64,000 nucleotides of DNA. It comes from an uncultured Gammaproteobacteria bacterium. Lineage in GTDB: Bacteria; Patescibacteriota; Microgenomatia; UBA8517. Positions 1 through 9,528 of this stretch are shown piece by piece. The position numbers were made by a program, and so were the translations under genes. The notes under the pieces were generated by a model. The model saw nothing but the letters and a program-made list of their open reading frames with translations, was not told the DNA's origin and did not search any database. The stretch lies in NCBI GenBank assembly GCA_964599625.1, contig CAZRGC010000001.1, positions 244,959 through 308,958 of the forward strand, read 5' to 3'. Within the stretch, counting starts at the first letter, position 1; every line of letters starts with the position of its first letter.

Positions 1-724
1 GCATGGCATCTTGGAACCTTTGGTAGTTGCCAAGACTCCTGCTGGATTCCAACTTATTGCAGGTGAACGAAGATGGAGAGCCTCCAAACTTGCAGGTCTT
101 ACCCATGTCCCTGCAATCATAAGAGAAACTTCGCCAAAGGGAATGTTGGAAATGGCTTTGGTCGAAAATGTCCAAAGAGTTGACCTAAACCCCCTCGATA
201 GAGCCAAGGGCTTTGAGAGACTTATGAATGAATTCGGCCTCACAACCAGCGAAATTGCTGTCAGGATTGGTAAGTCTGTAGCTTATGTCAGTAATTCATT
301 AAGACTCCTTTCGCTTCCGGATGCTCTAAAAGACGGACTTTTGTCGGGTTTGATTAGCGAAGGTCACGCTAGGGCACTTGCAGCAATTGACGACAGTAAC
401 TTGATGATTGAAGCCTACAAGATAATTCTTCGCGAAAGTGGTTCAGTAAGACGGGCGGAGGAGTTGGCAAGAAGAATGAAGGTTAAATCCCAACAGGTAA
501 CAAAAGCCCCAACCGAACACATGAGGGTTATTTCTGAAGAAATTGACAAGATGCAGTCAGATATGGAACATGCCTTTGTAAATGGTGATCCGGACAATGC
601 TAAGAAATCGACAGTTAAACTTATAAGATCCAGGCGTGAAACCAGAGTTTTGTTTATTTTTAAAGGCGGCCTAGACGAAACAGAGGATAAACTTCAGAGA
701 ATCTACAAAGCGGTAACCGAATAA
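1..724 (+). CDS. parB: ParB/Spo0J chromosome-partitioning protein (5' partial; N-terminal ParB box missing, ORF open to window start)
   Basis: Translation contains the ParB core LIAGERRWRASKLAGL..VPAII and a C-terminal HTH region (TTSEIAVRIGKSVAYVSNSLRLL). The reading frame is open at position 1. Confidence 0.85.
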   Translation, partial: HGILEPLVVAKTPAGFQLIAGERRWRASKLAGLTHVPAIIRETSPKGMLEMALVENVQRVDLNPLDRAKGFERLMNEFGLTTSEIAVRIGKSVAYVSNSLRLLSLPDALKDGLLSGLISEGHARALAAIDDSNLMIEAYKIILRESGSVRRAEELARRMKVKSQQVTKAPTEHMRVISEEIDKMQSDMEHAFVNGDPDNAKKSTVKLIRSRRETRVLFIFKGGLDETEDKLQRIYKAVTE

Positions 725-785
725 AAGGGAGCTTTCAAATTGTTGCTAAATCGTTAACCGAATTTTTGATCTGGAATTTTGCGCT

Positions 786-1346
786 TTAGATCGAAGAATA
801 TACGGGAAGTTTTACGAATCTGGCATTCTTTATTGGCCAGTATGCAACCCAGGCTTTGCCGCTAATATCCTTTTTGGTAATCGGACCCCAAGCTCTAGAA
901 TCTGAGGAGTGCGGTCTATTGTCTCCCATTGTAAAATACTTTCCTTCGGGAACTGTATAGGTTGTGCCCTCCGGGAGGAAAAATCCATCATTTGTAAACA
1001 AATCGCTTGCAAGATAGGGTTCATCCAGAAGATTTCCATTAATATACACATGACCTTCTTTTATCATTACTGTTTCCCCGGGAAGTGCAATCACCCTTTT
1101 AATGTATTCGTCGGTTTCCGAAACGGGTGGTGTAAACACAACTACGTCGCCTCTTATTGGATCTCTTCTATAGTATGTGACCTTTTCCGTAAGAATATAT
1201 TCCGCGTCAGGGAAATTGGGATGCATTGATTGGCCCTTGATTTTGTGAGGCCTCATGATAAGCAGGTACACAAAAAAGAATATACCTACTGCGAAGACGA
1301 CTACTTCCAAAATATCAAGAAAAAAAGCGCCGAGTTTTCCAAACAT
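786..1346 (-). CDS. lepB: Signal peptidase I (S26 family)
   Basis: N-terminal TM helix, catalytic Ser box GQSMHPNF, KRVIALPGE, and the GDNRPHSSDSR box typical of SPase I. Confidence 0.85.
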   Translation of the reverse strand: MFGKLGAFFLDILEVVVFAVGIFFFVYLLIMRPHKIKGQSMHPNFPDAEYILTEKVTYYRRDPIRGDVVVFTPPVSETDEYIKRVIALPGETVMIKEGHVYINGNLLDEPYLASDLFTNDGFFLPEGTTYTVPEGKYFTMGDNRPHSSDSRAWGPITKKDISGKAWVAYWPIKNARFVKLPVYSSI

Positions 1347-1423
1347 AGTTAATTATGTTTACTTTTCTAGCAAAATACAAGTATATAGGGATTTGTGGAT
1401 GGTACGTGATAAAATATGCCTAC

Positions 1424-1497
1424 GGACGACTAGCTCAGTTGGTTAGAGCGTTGCATTCACATTGCAAAGGTCGCTGGTTCGAGTCCAGCGTCGTCCA
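1424..1497 (+). tRNA. tRNA-Val (anticodon CAC)
   Basis: Cloverleaf folds by hand. Acceptor GGACGAC/GTCGTCC, D-arm GCTC-AGTTGGTTA-GAGC, anticodon stem TTGCA/TGCAA with loop TTCACAT, T-loop GGTTCGAGTCC. CCA is not encoded. Confidence 0.8.
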
Positions 1498-1543
1498 CAA
1501 TTGGGTTGTTGTTTTTTGTTACTGAGGATATACTGAAAAAGAC

Positions 1544-4500
1544 GTGATCTCCCCATTCAAATATTTTAAAACTACCCATTCGCGCCTTTTTGCTTTATTT
1601 CTGGTGTTTGTTTTTCTTGTTGCCGGACTTTACACAAAGTTTTTTCAAAATAAACTTCAGACCGAGGCCGGGTACCAATCTCCACAAATCTTTGTTTATG
1701 GCGGTGAAAACAGTTTTAGTGCAGGTGGCCTTATATCCTTGGCATCTACCGACGAGGCTGCGGTCCAGGTGGGAGGTTATAACATTTCGGGAAGCGCAGT
1801 TATCGATGTATACAAAGCCAACAAAGACCTACTTTTGGATTATTTGATTCACGACAAAGAAGGCAAGCAAGTAAAATCCAAGCCTGATGTTTCCAAGTTG
1901 GAGTTTGTTGGAACCACAACTCATAACATAAATACGGGTTCGTATGAAGGATCAAAAGTTCCTCTGCCTTTGTCGGAAACTGGTATTTGGTATCTCAAAG
2001 TCAAAATTGGAAATGTAAATACTGACGCCTTTGTGCTTAGGACGGGATTTGGTGTCTTAGCTAAAGAAGGTGACAATGAGTTTGTTTTTTGGGGTCAGGA
2101 CTTTAAAACCAAAAGAAGTATCGGATCTGGAACGATTAGTGTTTTGAATCTTAAAGATTCGGTATCCAGCCTTTATCAGACAGATTTTGATAATAGTGGG
2201 TTGGCCCGAGGTAATATTTCGGAAAATGCCGACATTGCTTTGGCGCAATTTGGCGAACAACTGGCAGTTGTTCCTTTGAATCTTAAATACTTAAACGTCG
2301 CTTCATACAAATCATATGTAGAAAAAGCCAGGAATACAAACTACTTTGTATTTACTGACAGGCCTTTATATAGTCCTGGTGATAAAGTGTTTTTCAAAGC
2401 TGTTATCAGAAACGACGACGACGCGCGTTACACGATTCCCTCCGGAAGTGCCAAAGTAAAAATATCTTCGGGCTGGGGGGAAGAAGAGTTTGTTTTAGAG
2501 AAAAACTACCCCATATCCCCCGACGGAACAGTATCCGGTGAGTACAGCATACCCGCGGATGCAAAACTGGGTTGGTACAACATGCAAATTAGTACAGGTG
2601 AATCGACGACTGTTAATTGGGGCGAGTCACATTGGTACAACGGCAGTGTTAGCTTTGATGTCCAGTTTTATCAAAAACCAGAGTATTCTGTTGACGTTAC
2701 TACACCAAAAACAGAGCTTGTCGCGGGAGATATGGCTGCGTTCACAATAGAGGGTAATTATTTTTCCGGACAACCCATGAGTGGCCAAAAGGTCAAATAC
2801 AGAGTGGCAGCCTCTGATTATTACGACTACAACTACTTTAGCGATGCTTCTTCCTTGCGATCTGCAATTTCGTCTGAATATAGATATGGTTACTACGGAT
2901 CTCATACAGTTTTGGAAGGGACAACGGTGTTAGACAAAAACGGCAGAAAAGATATCGAATTTGAAACGAAGATGGACTTTAATAGCGGCAAAAGTCAGGT
3001 TTTCACTATAGAAACAACTCTTGAGGACAACTCTCAAACACCGTCTTTTGCCAGAAGAAACGTTTTGGTTTACGCAGGTCGATACGGGATTTACAGGACC
3101 GATTACTCATACGGAAGTAAAGTAAACACAAAGCTCGATCTTCCTGTGCGTCTTTATGCCTATGATCAGGATGCAAGTTTGGGGAATGTGCAACTGGTTG
3201 GGAAAGTGCACTGGGAAACTTGGGAAAAGTACACTGATCCAAATCAGAAATATCCTCAGTACAGAAAAGTTGAGTCAGATCTGTCTGATATTAAAGCCAC
3301 AACCGATTCGTCTGGCAAAGCGATTTTAAGTTTCGTCCCTGAAAAATTGGGTTATTACAGAATTACTGTTCAGGGCAAAGATTCCAGAGACAATCTTATT
3401 GCTAACACATTCTATTCATACGTCACCGATCAAGATCAGCCCGCCTTTACCCAAGGCGGTGGAGAAGAAATAACTGTCAGTGCTGACAAGCAGGTGTATA
3501 ACCCGGGTGAAACTGCAAAACTAGCAATTTATTCAAAAACACCAGATAGAGATGTGTTTCTTTCGATGGAACGCGGTAGGGTAAACAGGTTTCAGGTTTT
3601 GCATCTAAATGACAATAAATCAACTATAGACATGCCTGTTTTGGATACCGACATCCCAAATATCTTTGCCAAGGTGTCATCTTTTGCGGCTTCGGCACTT
3701 GATTCCAATTCCATAAACATTAAAGTCTCAACTCTCAGCAAAAAAGTAATAGTAGATCTGAACTTTGATAATAAAAAATACGCGCCGGGTGATGATGTAA
3801 ACGTAAAAGTAACAACAAAAGACGGCCTTGGTCAGCCTGTTTCTGCAGACGTTGCACTCTGGGCTGTAGACAAGGCCATATTCGAACTTTCAGACAATAC
3901 ACTGGGGGATATATTCGAAAACTTTTGGAATGAAAGAGGAAACACAACTCAGGAAGATCACTCGCTGGAAGGAATTGTTGCCTATAGCGCAGAAGGTGGA
4001 GGATGCTTCTTGCCCGGTACAAAGGTGCTTATGGCTGACGGAAGTCAAAAAAATATTGAGGATGTCAAAAAGGGTGATTTGGTGCTTACCCGTTCGTCCG
4101 AAGCAAACGACAAATTGGTAAAAGCAAAAGTTTTGTCTACCACAAAAGCCCGTGAGTCAGGTTATTTAACAATAAACGGCACCCTCAAAGTGACTCCTAA
4201 TCATATAATTTGGGCCAATGGTGTCTGGAGAGAGGCGGGAAGTATTGAACTGGGAGACACTCTCAGAAATTCCCAAAATCAGAATGTTTTGGTTTACTCC
4301 AAAGAATGGCAAAGATACACCACGGATGTATACAATTTGAGCGTAGAAAAATACCACACTTATTTTGCAGATGGAGTCTTTGTTCACAACCAAAAAGGTG
4401 ACGCCAGAAGTACGTTTAAAGACACTGCGTACTGGAATCCCAGTATCAAAACAAACGCAAGCGGTGTCGCAAACGTCACTTTCAAACTTCCGGATAATTT

Positions 4501-6667
4501 GACAACATGGACAGTTGCTGCTGTTGCCAACACAACCGACACCAAAGTGGGTCAGACAACCAGCGAAATTGTGGTTACCAAAGACGTGATAGTGAGACCG
4601 ATATTGCCCAATATAATGAGGCTTGGTGACAACATAGTTATATCTGCATTGATACAAAATTCTACAGATGCTGATAAAAACTTTGACATAGACCTGAAGT
4701 TTGACTCGGGTGAGGTGCTTTCAAGATCGTTCAAAAATGTTCAAGTTGGTTCGGGTAGCGTTGAACGTTTTGCTTGGGAGATAAAACCCTCCAAGGAGTC
4801 AGAGGGTTCCAGTCTGGAGATTTCCGCCAAAGCCACAGATAATTCAGAAGCTCAGGACACAATTATTTCCAAAGTTGCAGTGATCCCTTTTGGATTTTTT
4901 GAGAATTTTGCAGAAACTGGCGAGGGCAATAAAAATTTTAAGGTCAGTCTATCTTCAAATATATCCAAAACAAAATCAGATATCAGATTGTCGCTTTCAC
5001 CTTCGATATTGGGAACTTTGCCAACAGCAATGAAATATTTGGTGAATTATCCGTATGGTTGTACAGAACAGATAACCAGTCGGTTTGTACCCGCAATTAT
5101 TGCCAAAGCAAATCAACAGCTATTTTCTGAAGCGCTCCAAGACAAAGATGTGAATGAAATGATTGAGACCGGTGTTGCCAAATTGCTTAATTCTCAGATG
5201 GGTAATGGCGGGTGGACCTGGTGGTTTACGGGCAACGCAGATCCGTTTATCACTTCATACGTTGCTGAATATTTGTCATATGCAAACAAACTTGGATATA
5301 AAGTTGATAAAAATGCGATGAATAGGGTTAAGGGGTATTTGGCAAGCAAGACCTATTATGACTACAAACAGCAGAAAGAAGTTAGTTTTACTGACGCCGA
5401 GTTAACTGCCAAAAATTACGGGCTCGTGATGTTGGGAGAAACGAAAAATTTGTCCAAAGTAAATTTGGATAACCTTCAACCGGACATGTTGGCATTGGCT
5501 GTTATTGTAAACTCAATGTCCGGCAACAAAAATTCCGCAACAAACGGTCTGGATAAACTTATTTCAATGGCTCAAGTTCAGGGCGACACTGTTTATTGGA
5601 ACGAAGGTGACAAAGTTAATTTTGGATCAAAAGACGCCTCGACTGCTTTTGCGATAAGGGCAATAATTGCCTCCGGCGGAGACCGTGAATTAGCTGTAAA
5701 GGCGGCCAGATATTTAGTAAGAAACAGAAAGTCTGATTATTGGTCTAACACTTTTGCAACGGCACAGGTTGTGCGCGCGCTCACAGATCTCTCTAAAACA
5801 GCAGGCGAAGCAAACCCAAGTTTCCTTTACACGGTTACAATGGACGGAAAAGAGTTGGCAAATGGGCAAGTTAAAAATGTCAAAGATACAATTGAAGACA
5901 TTGTGATTGATCCGAACAAAATAAACCAAAAAGGTTCGGATATCAAAATTGTAATGGAAGGCGAGGGTCAGCTTTATTCCACATTGGTTTCCAAATTGTT
6001 TGTCACAGATACAAAAGCAGAACCTGTCAAAAACGAACTTTCAATCAAACGCGAATATATTAACGAGAAGGGCGAAGAGTATGCATTGGCCGTTGGGGAC
6101 AGTGTTGTTGTCAAGCTAACAGTAACAGGTCCGCAGGCGCCAGAGCGTTACGGTGCAATTACAGATGAGCTGCCGTCTGGAATGGTCCCTGTTAACCCTG
6201 GTTTCAAAAACGAACAATACGGGGAAAGCCCGCTGCCAAAGTACTTCTCCTCCTCTTATGTCACTGGAATGGATGTGACCCAAAATGGCGCAGTGCTCTC
6301 TTTGTACACAATAGAGCCTGGTGTAAGTACCTACACATATCGCGCTAGAGTTGTGAGTGCAGGAAAATTCACAGTTCCTCCTGCAACAGTTTCGCTAATG
6401 TACGCACCGGAAATATATGCCAGAACTGGCGTGCAGGTGGTGACAATTGCCAGTGAATCCAAACTGATACCTGCAGCAGCATTGGGAGTTTTTCTTAAAA
6501 AATATGTGGTAAGCATTGTAATTGCAGTGCTGGGAATGATTGGTGTTATATCCCTGGTCATAAAAGCCAAAAAGACAGGGTTTAGTCTAGCCAATCTAAA
6601 AACCAGACTCGCAAAGATCTTCAATAAAAAAAACGACCACCCGCCCATAACCCCTGACGTTCAATGA
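1544..6667 (+). CDS. Bacterial alpha-2-macroglobulin-like protein (1707 aa) with N- and C-terminal TM anchors and an inserted Hint domain
   Basis: Size and domain order match bacterial A2M (YfhM/ECAM-like). The thioester motif YPYGCTEQ is at nt 5057-5071. The post-bait A2M signature TFKDTAYWNPS...LPDNLTTWTVAAVA is present. N-terminal (LFALFLVFVFLVAGL) and C-terminal (VVSIVIAVLGMIGVISLVI) hydrophobic helices flank the protein. GTG start at 1544 follows a GAGGA about 16 nt upstream. Confidence 0.8.
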   Translation: MISPFKYFKTTHSRLFALFLVFVFLVAGLYTKFFQNKLQTEAGYQSPQIFVYGGENSFSAGGLISLASTDEAAVQVGGYNISGSAVIDVYKANKDLLLDYLIHDKEGKQVKSKPDVSKLEFVGTTTHNINTGSYEGSKVPLPLSETGIWYLKVKIGNVNTDAFVLRTGFGVLAKEGDNEFVFWGQDFKTKRSIGSGTISVLNLKDSVSSLYQTDFDNSGLARGNISENADIALAQFGEQLAVVPLNLKYLNVASYKSYVEKARNTNYFVFTDRPLYSPGDKVFFKAVIRNDDDARYTIPSGSAKVKISSGWGEEEFVLEKNYPISPDGTVSGEYSIPADAKLGWYNMQISTGESTTVNWGESHWYNGSVSFDVQFYQKPEYSVDVTTPKTELVAGDMAAFTIEGNYFSGQPMSGQKVKYRVAASDYYDYNYFSDASSLRSAISSEYRYGYYGSHTVLEGTTVLDKNGRKDIEFETKMDFNSGKSQVFTIETTLEDNSQTPSFARRNVLVYAGRYGIYRTDYSYGSKVNTKLDLPVRLYAYDQDASLGNVQLVGKVHWETWEKYTDPNQKYPQYRKVESDLSDIKATTDSSGKAILSFVPEKLGYYRITVQGKDSRDNLIANTFYSYVTDQDQPAFTQGGGEEITVSADKQVYNPGETAKLAIYSKTPDRDVFLSMERGRVNRFQVLHLNDNKSTIDMPVLDTDIPNIFAKVSSFAASALDSNSINIKVSTLSKKVIVDLNFDNKKYAPGDDVNVKVTTKDGLGQPVSADVALWAVDKAIFELSDNTLGDIFENFWNERGNTTQEDHSLEGIVAYSAEGGGCFLPGTKVLMADGSQKNIEDVKKGDLVLTRSSEANDKLVKAKVLSTTKARESGYLTINGTLKVTPNHIIWANGVWREAGSIELGDTLRNSQNQNVLVYSKEWQRYTTDVYNLSVEKYHTYFADGVFVHNQKGDARSTFKDTAYWNPSIKTNASGVANVTFKLPDNLTTWTVAAVANTTDTKVGQTTSEIVVTKDVIVRPILPNIMRLGDNIVISALIQNSTDADKNFDIDLKFDSGEVLSRSFKNVQVGSGSVERFAWEIKPSKESEGSSLEISAKATDNSEAQDTIISKVAVIPFGFFENFAETGEGNKNFKVSLSSNISKTKSDIRLSLSPSILGTLPTAMKYLVNYPYGCTEQITSRFVPAIIAKANQQLFSEALQDKDVNEMIETGVAKLLNSQMGNGGWTWWFTGNADPFITSYVAEYLSYANKLGYKVDKNAMNRVKGYLASKTYYDYKQQKEVSFTDAELTAKNYGLVMLGETKNLSKVNLDNLQPDMLALAVIVNSMSGNKNSATNGLDKLISMAQVQGDTVYWNEGDKVNFGSKDASTAFAIRAIIASGGDRELAVKAARYLVRNRKSDYWSNTFATAQVVRALTDLSKTAGEANPSFLYTVTMDGKELANGQVKNVKDTIEDIVIDPNKINQKGSDIKIVMEGEGQLYSTLVSKLFVTDTKAEPVKNELSIKREYINEKGEEYALAVGDSVVVKLTVTGPQAPERYGAITDELPSGMVPVNPGFKNEQYGESPLPKYFSSSYVTGMDVTQNGAVLSLYTIEPGVSTYTYRARVVSAGKFTVPPATVSLMYAPEIYARTGVQVVTIASESKLIPAAALGVFLKKYVVSIVIAVLGMIGVISLVIKAKKTGFSLANLKTRLAKIFNKKNDHPPITPDVQ
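4004..4390 (+). other. Hint (intein/BIL-like) domain embedded in the A2M ORF, 129 aa, Cys1 ... His-Asn, followed by Gln
   Basis: Intein blocks are readable in the translation: A = CFLPGTKVLMADGS, B = TPNHIIW, F = VYNLSVEKYHTYFADG, G = VFVHN. The next residue is Q (caa at 4391-4393), not C/S/T. No endonuclease domain, so it is mini-intein sized. Confidence 0.7.
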
Positions 6668-7572
6668 GAAAAGTGCAATCACTTTTCTCCACCTCCAGTG
6701 TGAAAAAGGTGGCGGCCTTTGTTATTTTTTTAATCATCATTTTTTGCGTTCCGTATTTTTTGGTTCAGGACAAAAAAGCGTTTACTCAGGAAAAAAAGTA
6801 TAACCAAATAATATATTTTGATCAGGAGGAATTTACGAAAGGTATTTCCAAAGCAGACAAACCCATAGAACCAAAAGACTATGCAATAAGGGGTGGTGTT
6901 GTTCCCCATCATCTTTTGGCGGGATATATAATTGCTGATTTTTTTCAGAAGTTGGCATATCAAAAACCCGGCACAATAATTTTGGTTGGGCCAAACCATT
7001 TGGAAGCAGGTGAATATAAAGTTTTATCCGGCACAAACTCTTGGAATACACAGTATGGCGTTATTGATGTCAACAAAAAAATTGTGGGAGATTTGGTGGA
7101 GAAAAATCTTGTGCAAATTAATGATAAAGTGTTGGAAGAAGACCAGTCGGTGTCCGCCCCCATGACCTTCATCGCATTTTTTATGCCATATGTAAAAGTT
7201 GTACCTTTGCTTCTGAGTTCACGGATGACAAATGATGATTTGATTAGTCTTTCAGACTCCCTCGGCGATTTGTTAAAAGATGAGAAAACTGTATTGGTGT
7301 CGTCGGTAGACTTTTCTCACTATCTAAGCTTTGACGAGGCTCAGGCGCGCGACTTGGAATCTATTACTTCAATCAAAAAATTCGGGTGCCAGAAACTACT
7401 TACTTATGATAGCCAACACATGGATTCTCCTGCTTCGATATGTACTCTTTTATATTCAATGTTAAATATAGGAGCCACAAATATAGAAGTGGACACACAC
7501 GACAATTCTGCAAACATCCAAAAGTCACAAAAAGATAACACCACAAGTTATTTTTCTATATATTTCCACTAA
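6664..7572 (+). CDS. Memo-like / AmmeMemoRadiSam system protein B family protein with N-terminal TM anchor
   Basis: Motifs GVVPHHLLAGY, LVGPNH and SVDFSHY resemble the MEMO1/extradiol-dioxygenase-like family signatures. N-terminal hydrophobic helix present. Confidence 0.5.
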   Translation: MRKVQSLFSTSSVKKVAAFVIFLIIIFCVPYFLVQDKKAFTQEKKYNQIIYFDQEEFTKGISKADKPIEPKDYAIRGGVVPHHLLAGYIIADFFQKLAYQKPGTIILVGPNHLEAGEYKVLSGTNSWNTQYGVIDVNKKIVGDLVEKNLVQINDKVLEEDQSVSAPMTFIAFFMPYVKVVPLLLSSRMTNDDLISLSDSLGDLLKDEKTVLVSSVDFSHYLSFDEAQARDLESITSIKKFGCQKLLTYDSQHMDSPASICTLLYSMLNIGATNIEVDTHDNSANIQKSQKDNTTSYFSIYFH

Positions 7573-7587
7573 TGTTAAAATAATTAG

Positions 7588-8280
7588 ATGAAGAACAAGT
7601 TTTTAGGTTTATCAATTGTTGCAGCTTGGACAATTTCAATCGGAATAGGTGTGTATTCCATATTTTCTGCAACTCCATTGAATGTCATAAAGTCACCAAC
7701 AATACTAACCAACCTTCTTCAGAGAGTTACGGGAATAGTGGCGTTTATTCTACTTTTTTATCAGATATTGTTTGGGGCTTTTATGCCGTATCTTGCAGAA
7801 AAAACTGGAGGCATTATCTACAAGATCCATATTTATCAAGGCGTTTTGATATACACATTGATCTTGGCTCATCCTGTTTTCTTCCTTCTGTTTAATCATT
7901 TTGCCGGCAGGGGAGTGGATCCTTATTACGTTTTTAGTCAGGTTTGTTTCATATGCCAAAGCAAAGGGGAGGCTTACTACACATTTGGAAGAATTTCTTT
8001 CTGGTTAATAAACATAACTGTTTTTGCGGGTCTTTTTAGAACAATCAATCATTTTATGAGGGTTAATTGGAAGAAGTTCCATTTGTTGAATTACCCGGTT
8101 TTTGTTTTGGTGGGTATTCATGGTTACTTTGTGGGAAGTGATTTTTCTACTCAGCCATTTTTTGGCATGGCAATTTTGTTTTCTTTAGTATTTATGTTTG
8201 TACTTATCAAGAAAGCTCCGGAGTTATTTGCAGATTTTATGAAGTGGTTAAAAAGAGTTGATCGGGTACCGGTCACTTAA
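7588..8280 (+). CDS. Multi-TM protein with ferric-reductase-like (FRD/MsrQ-like) bis-heme His pairs
   Basis: About six TM helices. Two His-x13/x12-His pairs sit in predicted helices (HIYQGVLIYTLILAH and FHLLNYPVFVLVGIH), as in FRD / cytochrome b-type domains. Confidence 0.5.
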   Translation: MKNKFLGLSIVAAWTISIGIGVYSIFSATPLNVIKSPTILTNLLQRVTGIVAFILLFYQILFGAFMPYLAEKTGGIIYKIHIYQGVLIYTLILAHPVFFLLFNHFAGRGVDPYYVFSQVCFICQSKGEAYYTFGRISFWLINITVFAGLFRTINHFMRVNWKKFHLLNYPVFVLVGIHGYFVGSDFSTQPFFGMAILFSLVFMFVLIKKAPELFADFMKWLKRVDRVPVT

Positions 8281-8300
8281 TTTCAAAATGTGACCGGTAC
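8266..8300. terminator. Perfect 11-bp inverted repeat (gtaccggtcac / gtgaccggtac) with 13-nt loop between convergent genes; likely bidirectional terminator
   Basis: Hairpin seen directly. It overlaps the stop codon of the 7588-8280 gene and lies 12 nt from the stop of the 8312-8860 minus gene. Confidence 0.5.
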
Positions 8301-8311
8301 TCCGTATCCGA

Positions 8312-8860
8312 TTATGGCTGATTGTAAAACCGATAGCCGGTGACTTCACCTTTTTTGTTCACGATTAGAACAATGTTTTGGGCTCCGTCAAAGCTTTGGT
8401 ACTCTCCGATATTATCGGGGTGATAAATATAAACGTTACCCGAGGTGTCTGTGAACGTGAGTTCGTAGGTCTCACCAAAGGTTCCGTTGTTTATCCGTTC
8501 GCCTGGTACCAAAACAGGTTGTTCCCATTTGGGTAGGAAGTCTGCTGCACCGGCTTGACCGTATCGGAAGTGGCGCCATTCGTCCATTGTGTAGTCGCAA
8601 TAGTAGTTGTAGACGGTTTCCTCGTCTTCCAGATGCGACTCGCTCCAGCAGTGTGTGTTGTATGCACCTGCGGGTGCATATGAACGTTCCTCGTGATTGT
8701 ATTCAACGGCTTGAATCGTTTCTATGGAAACGCTCATTTCCCACACTTTTGATGTCAGGTTAACATTGACTTCGTGTGTTGCTGAGTTTACGGCGCTTCG
8801 GATCAAAATGGCGATTCCTGCCAGAACCAAGATTACAAAGAATATGTTTCTGAGTTTCAT
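8312..8860 (-). CDS. Small secreted/membrane-anchored protein, paralog family member 1 (182 aa)
   Basis: N-terminal signal/TM (FFVILVLAGIAILI). C-terminal motif TFTDTSGNVYIYHPDN is shared with the two downstream paralogs. GGGAG RBS before the ATG. Locally GC-richer. Confidence 0.6.
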   Translation of the reverse strand: MKLRNIFFVILVLAGIAILIRSAVNSATHEVNVNLTSKVWEMSVSIETIQAVEYNHEERSYAPAGAYNTHCWSESHLEDEETVYNYYCDYTMDEWRHFRYGQAGAADFLPKWEQPVLVPGERINNGTFGETYELTFTDTSGNVYIYHPDNIGEYQSFDGAQNIVLIVNKKGEVTGYRFYNQP

Positions 8861-8991
8861 GGTAACTCCCGAAATCTTGTTAAAAAGTGCTACTGGGGGA
8901 TTTTAGCACAATCTGAAGCTAAAGTCAAACTATAGGGTTTTAATGGAAATACCGGTCAAATTGGCTGTCTGGCCGGCATTTCCAAATATTC

Positions 8992-9528
8992 TCACTTAAC
9001 GCTTATGAGAGCGCCCCAAATATTGAAGCCGCCTACATAAACCTCGTCTTCCTTGAAACTGACAAAACGGGCCTGGTCGTAGACCAGCTTTTGGTAGGTG
9101 TTACCTGCTGAGTCCTCGAAATACACCTGCATGAGTGTCTCCAAGCTGTCTTCATCCAGCTTCTCGCCGTTTGCGAGTTGAGCGGTTGGCTCGATGACAT
9201 TTTGGTCATGGTTGTCCAAGGTGACATATCTGGATGTTACCCAGTCCATGTATTCAAAGGTGTAGAGGATATACGCGTCTCCGTTGCAGGAGTCGGGGCT
9301 GATACATTTGCTCTTGTCGTACTCAGTTCGTTTCGAGGTAACCGTTGCGCCTTCGGGCACTTCTTTACCCTGGTCTACCACTTTCTGGTAGGTCAGAACG
9401 CTGTATTGTGTTTTCCAGTAGAAATCTGTGGCATGCATATCCACATATTTCACAGGTAATACAACCGAAAAAAACAAGCCGACAACAACGATTATCAAGG
9501 CACCAATGCCTAAATATTTTTTGTTCAC
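8992..9528 (-). CDS. Small membrane-anchored protein, paralog family member 2 (GTG start; 178 aa)
   Basis: GGAGG lies 6 nt upstream of GTG at 9526-9528. TM helix GALIIVVVGLFFSVVL. C-terminal motif VYFEDSAGNTYQKLVYDQ. Confidence 0.6.
   Translation of the reverse strand: MNKKYLGIGALIIVVVGLFFSVVLPVKYVDMHATDFYWKTQYSVLTYQKVVDQGKEVPEGATVTSKRTEYDKSKCISPDSCNGDAYILYTFEYMDWVTSRYVTLDNHDQNVIEPTAQLANGEKLDEDSLETLMQVYFEDSAGNTYQKLVYDQARFVSFKEDEVYVGGFNIWGALISVK

Noticed and set aside
4004-4393. Canonical protein-splicing intein in the A2M gene
   Set aside because: All Hint blocks are present but the residue following the terminal His-Asn is Gln (caa), not Cys/Ser/Thr. Standard splicing chemistry cannot complete, so it is described as Hint/BIL-like rather than a functional intein.
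1590-6648. Numerous 60-160 aa ORFs inside or antisense to the A2M gene (e.g. 1590-1847, 2627-2905, 4166-4657, 6331-6648)
   Set aside because: Embedded in a long, motif-rich coding frame. No independent signals. Treated as frame noise. The same was applied to ORFs inside the Kelch-lipase, GHKL, giant 41038 and PolX genes.
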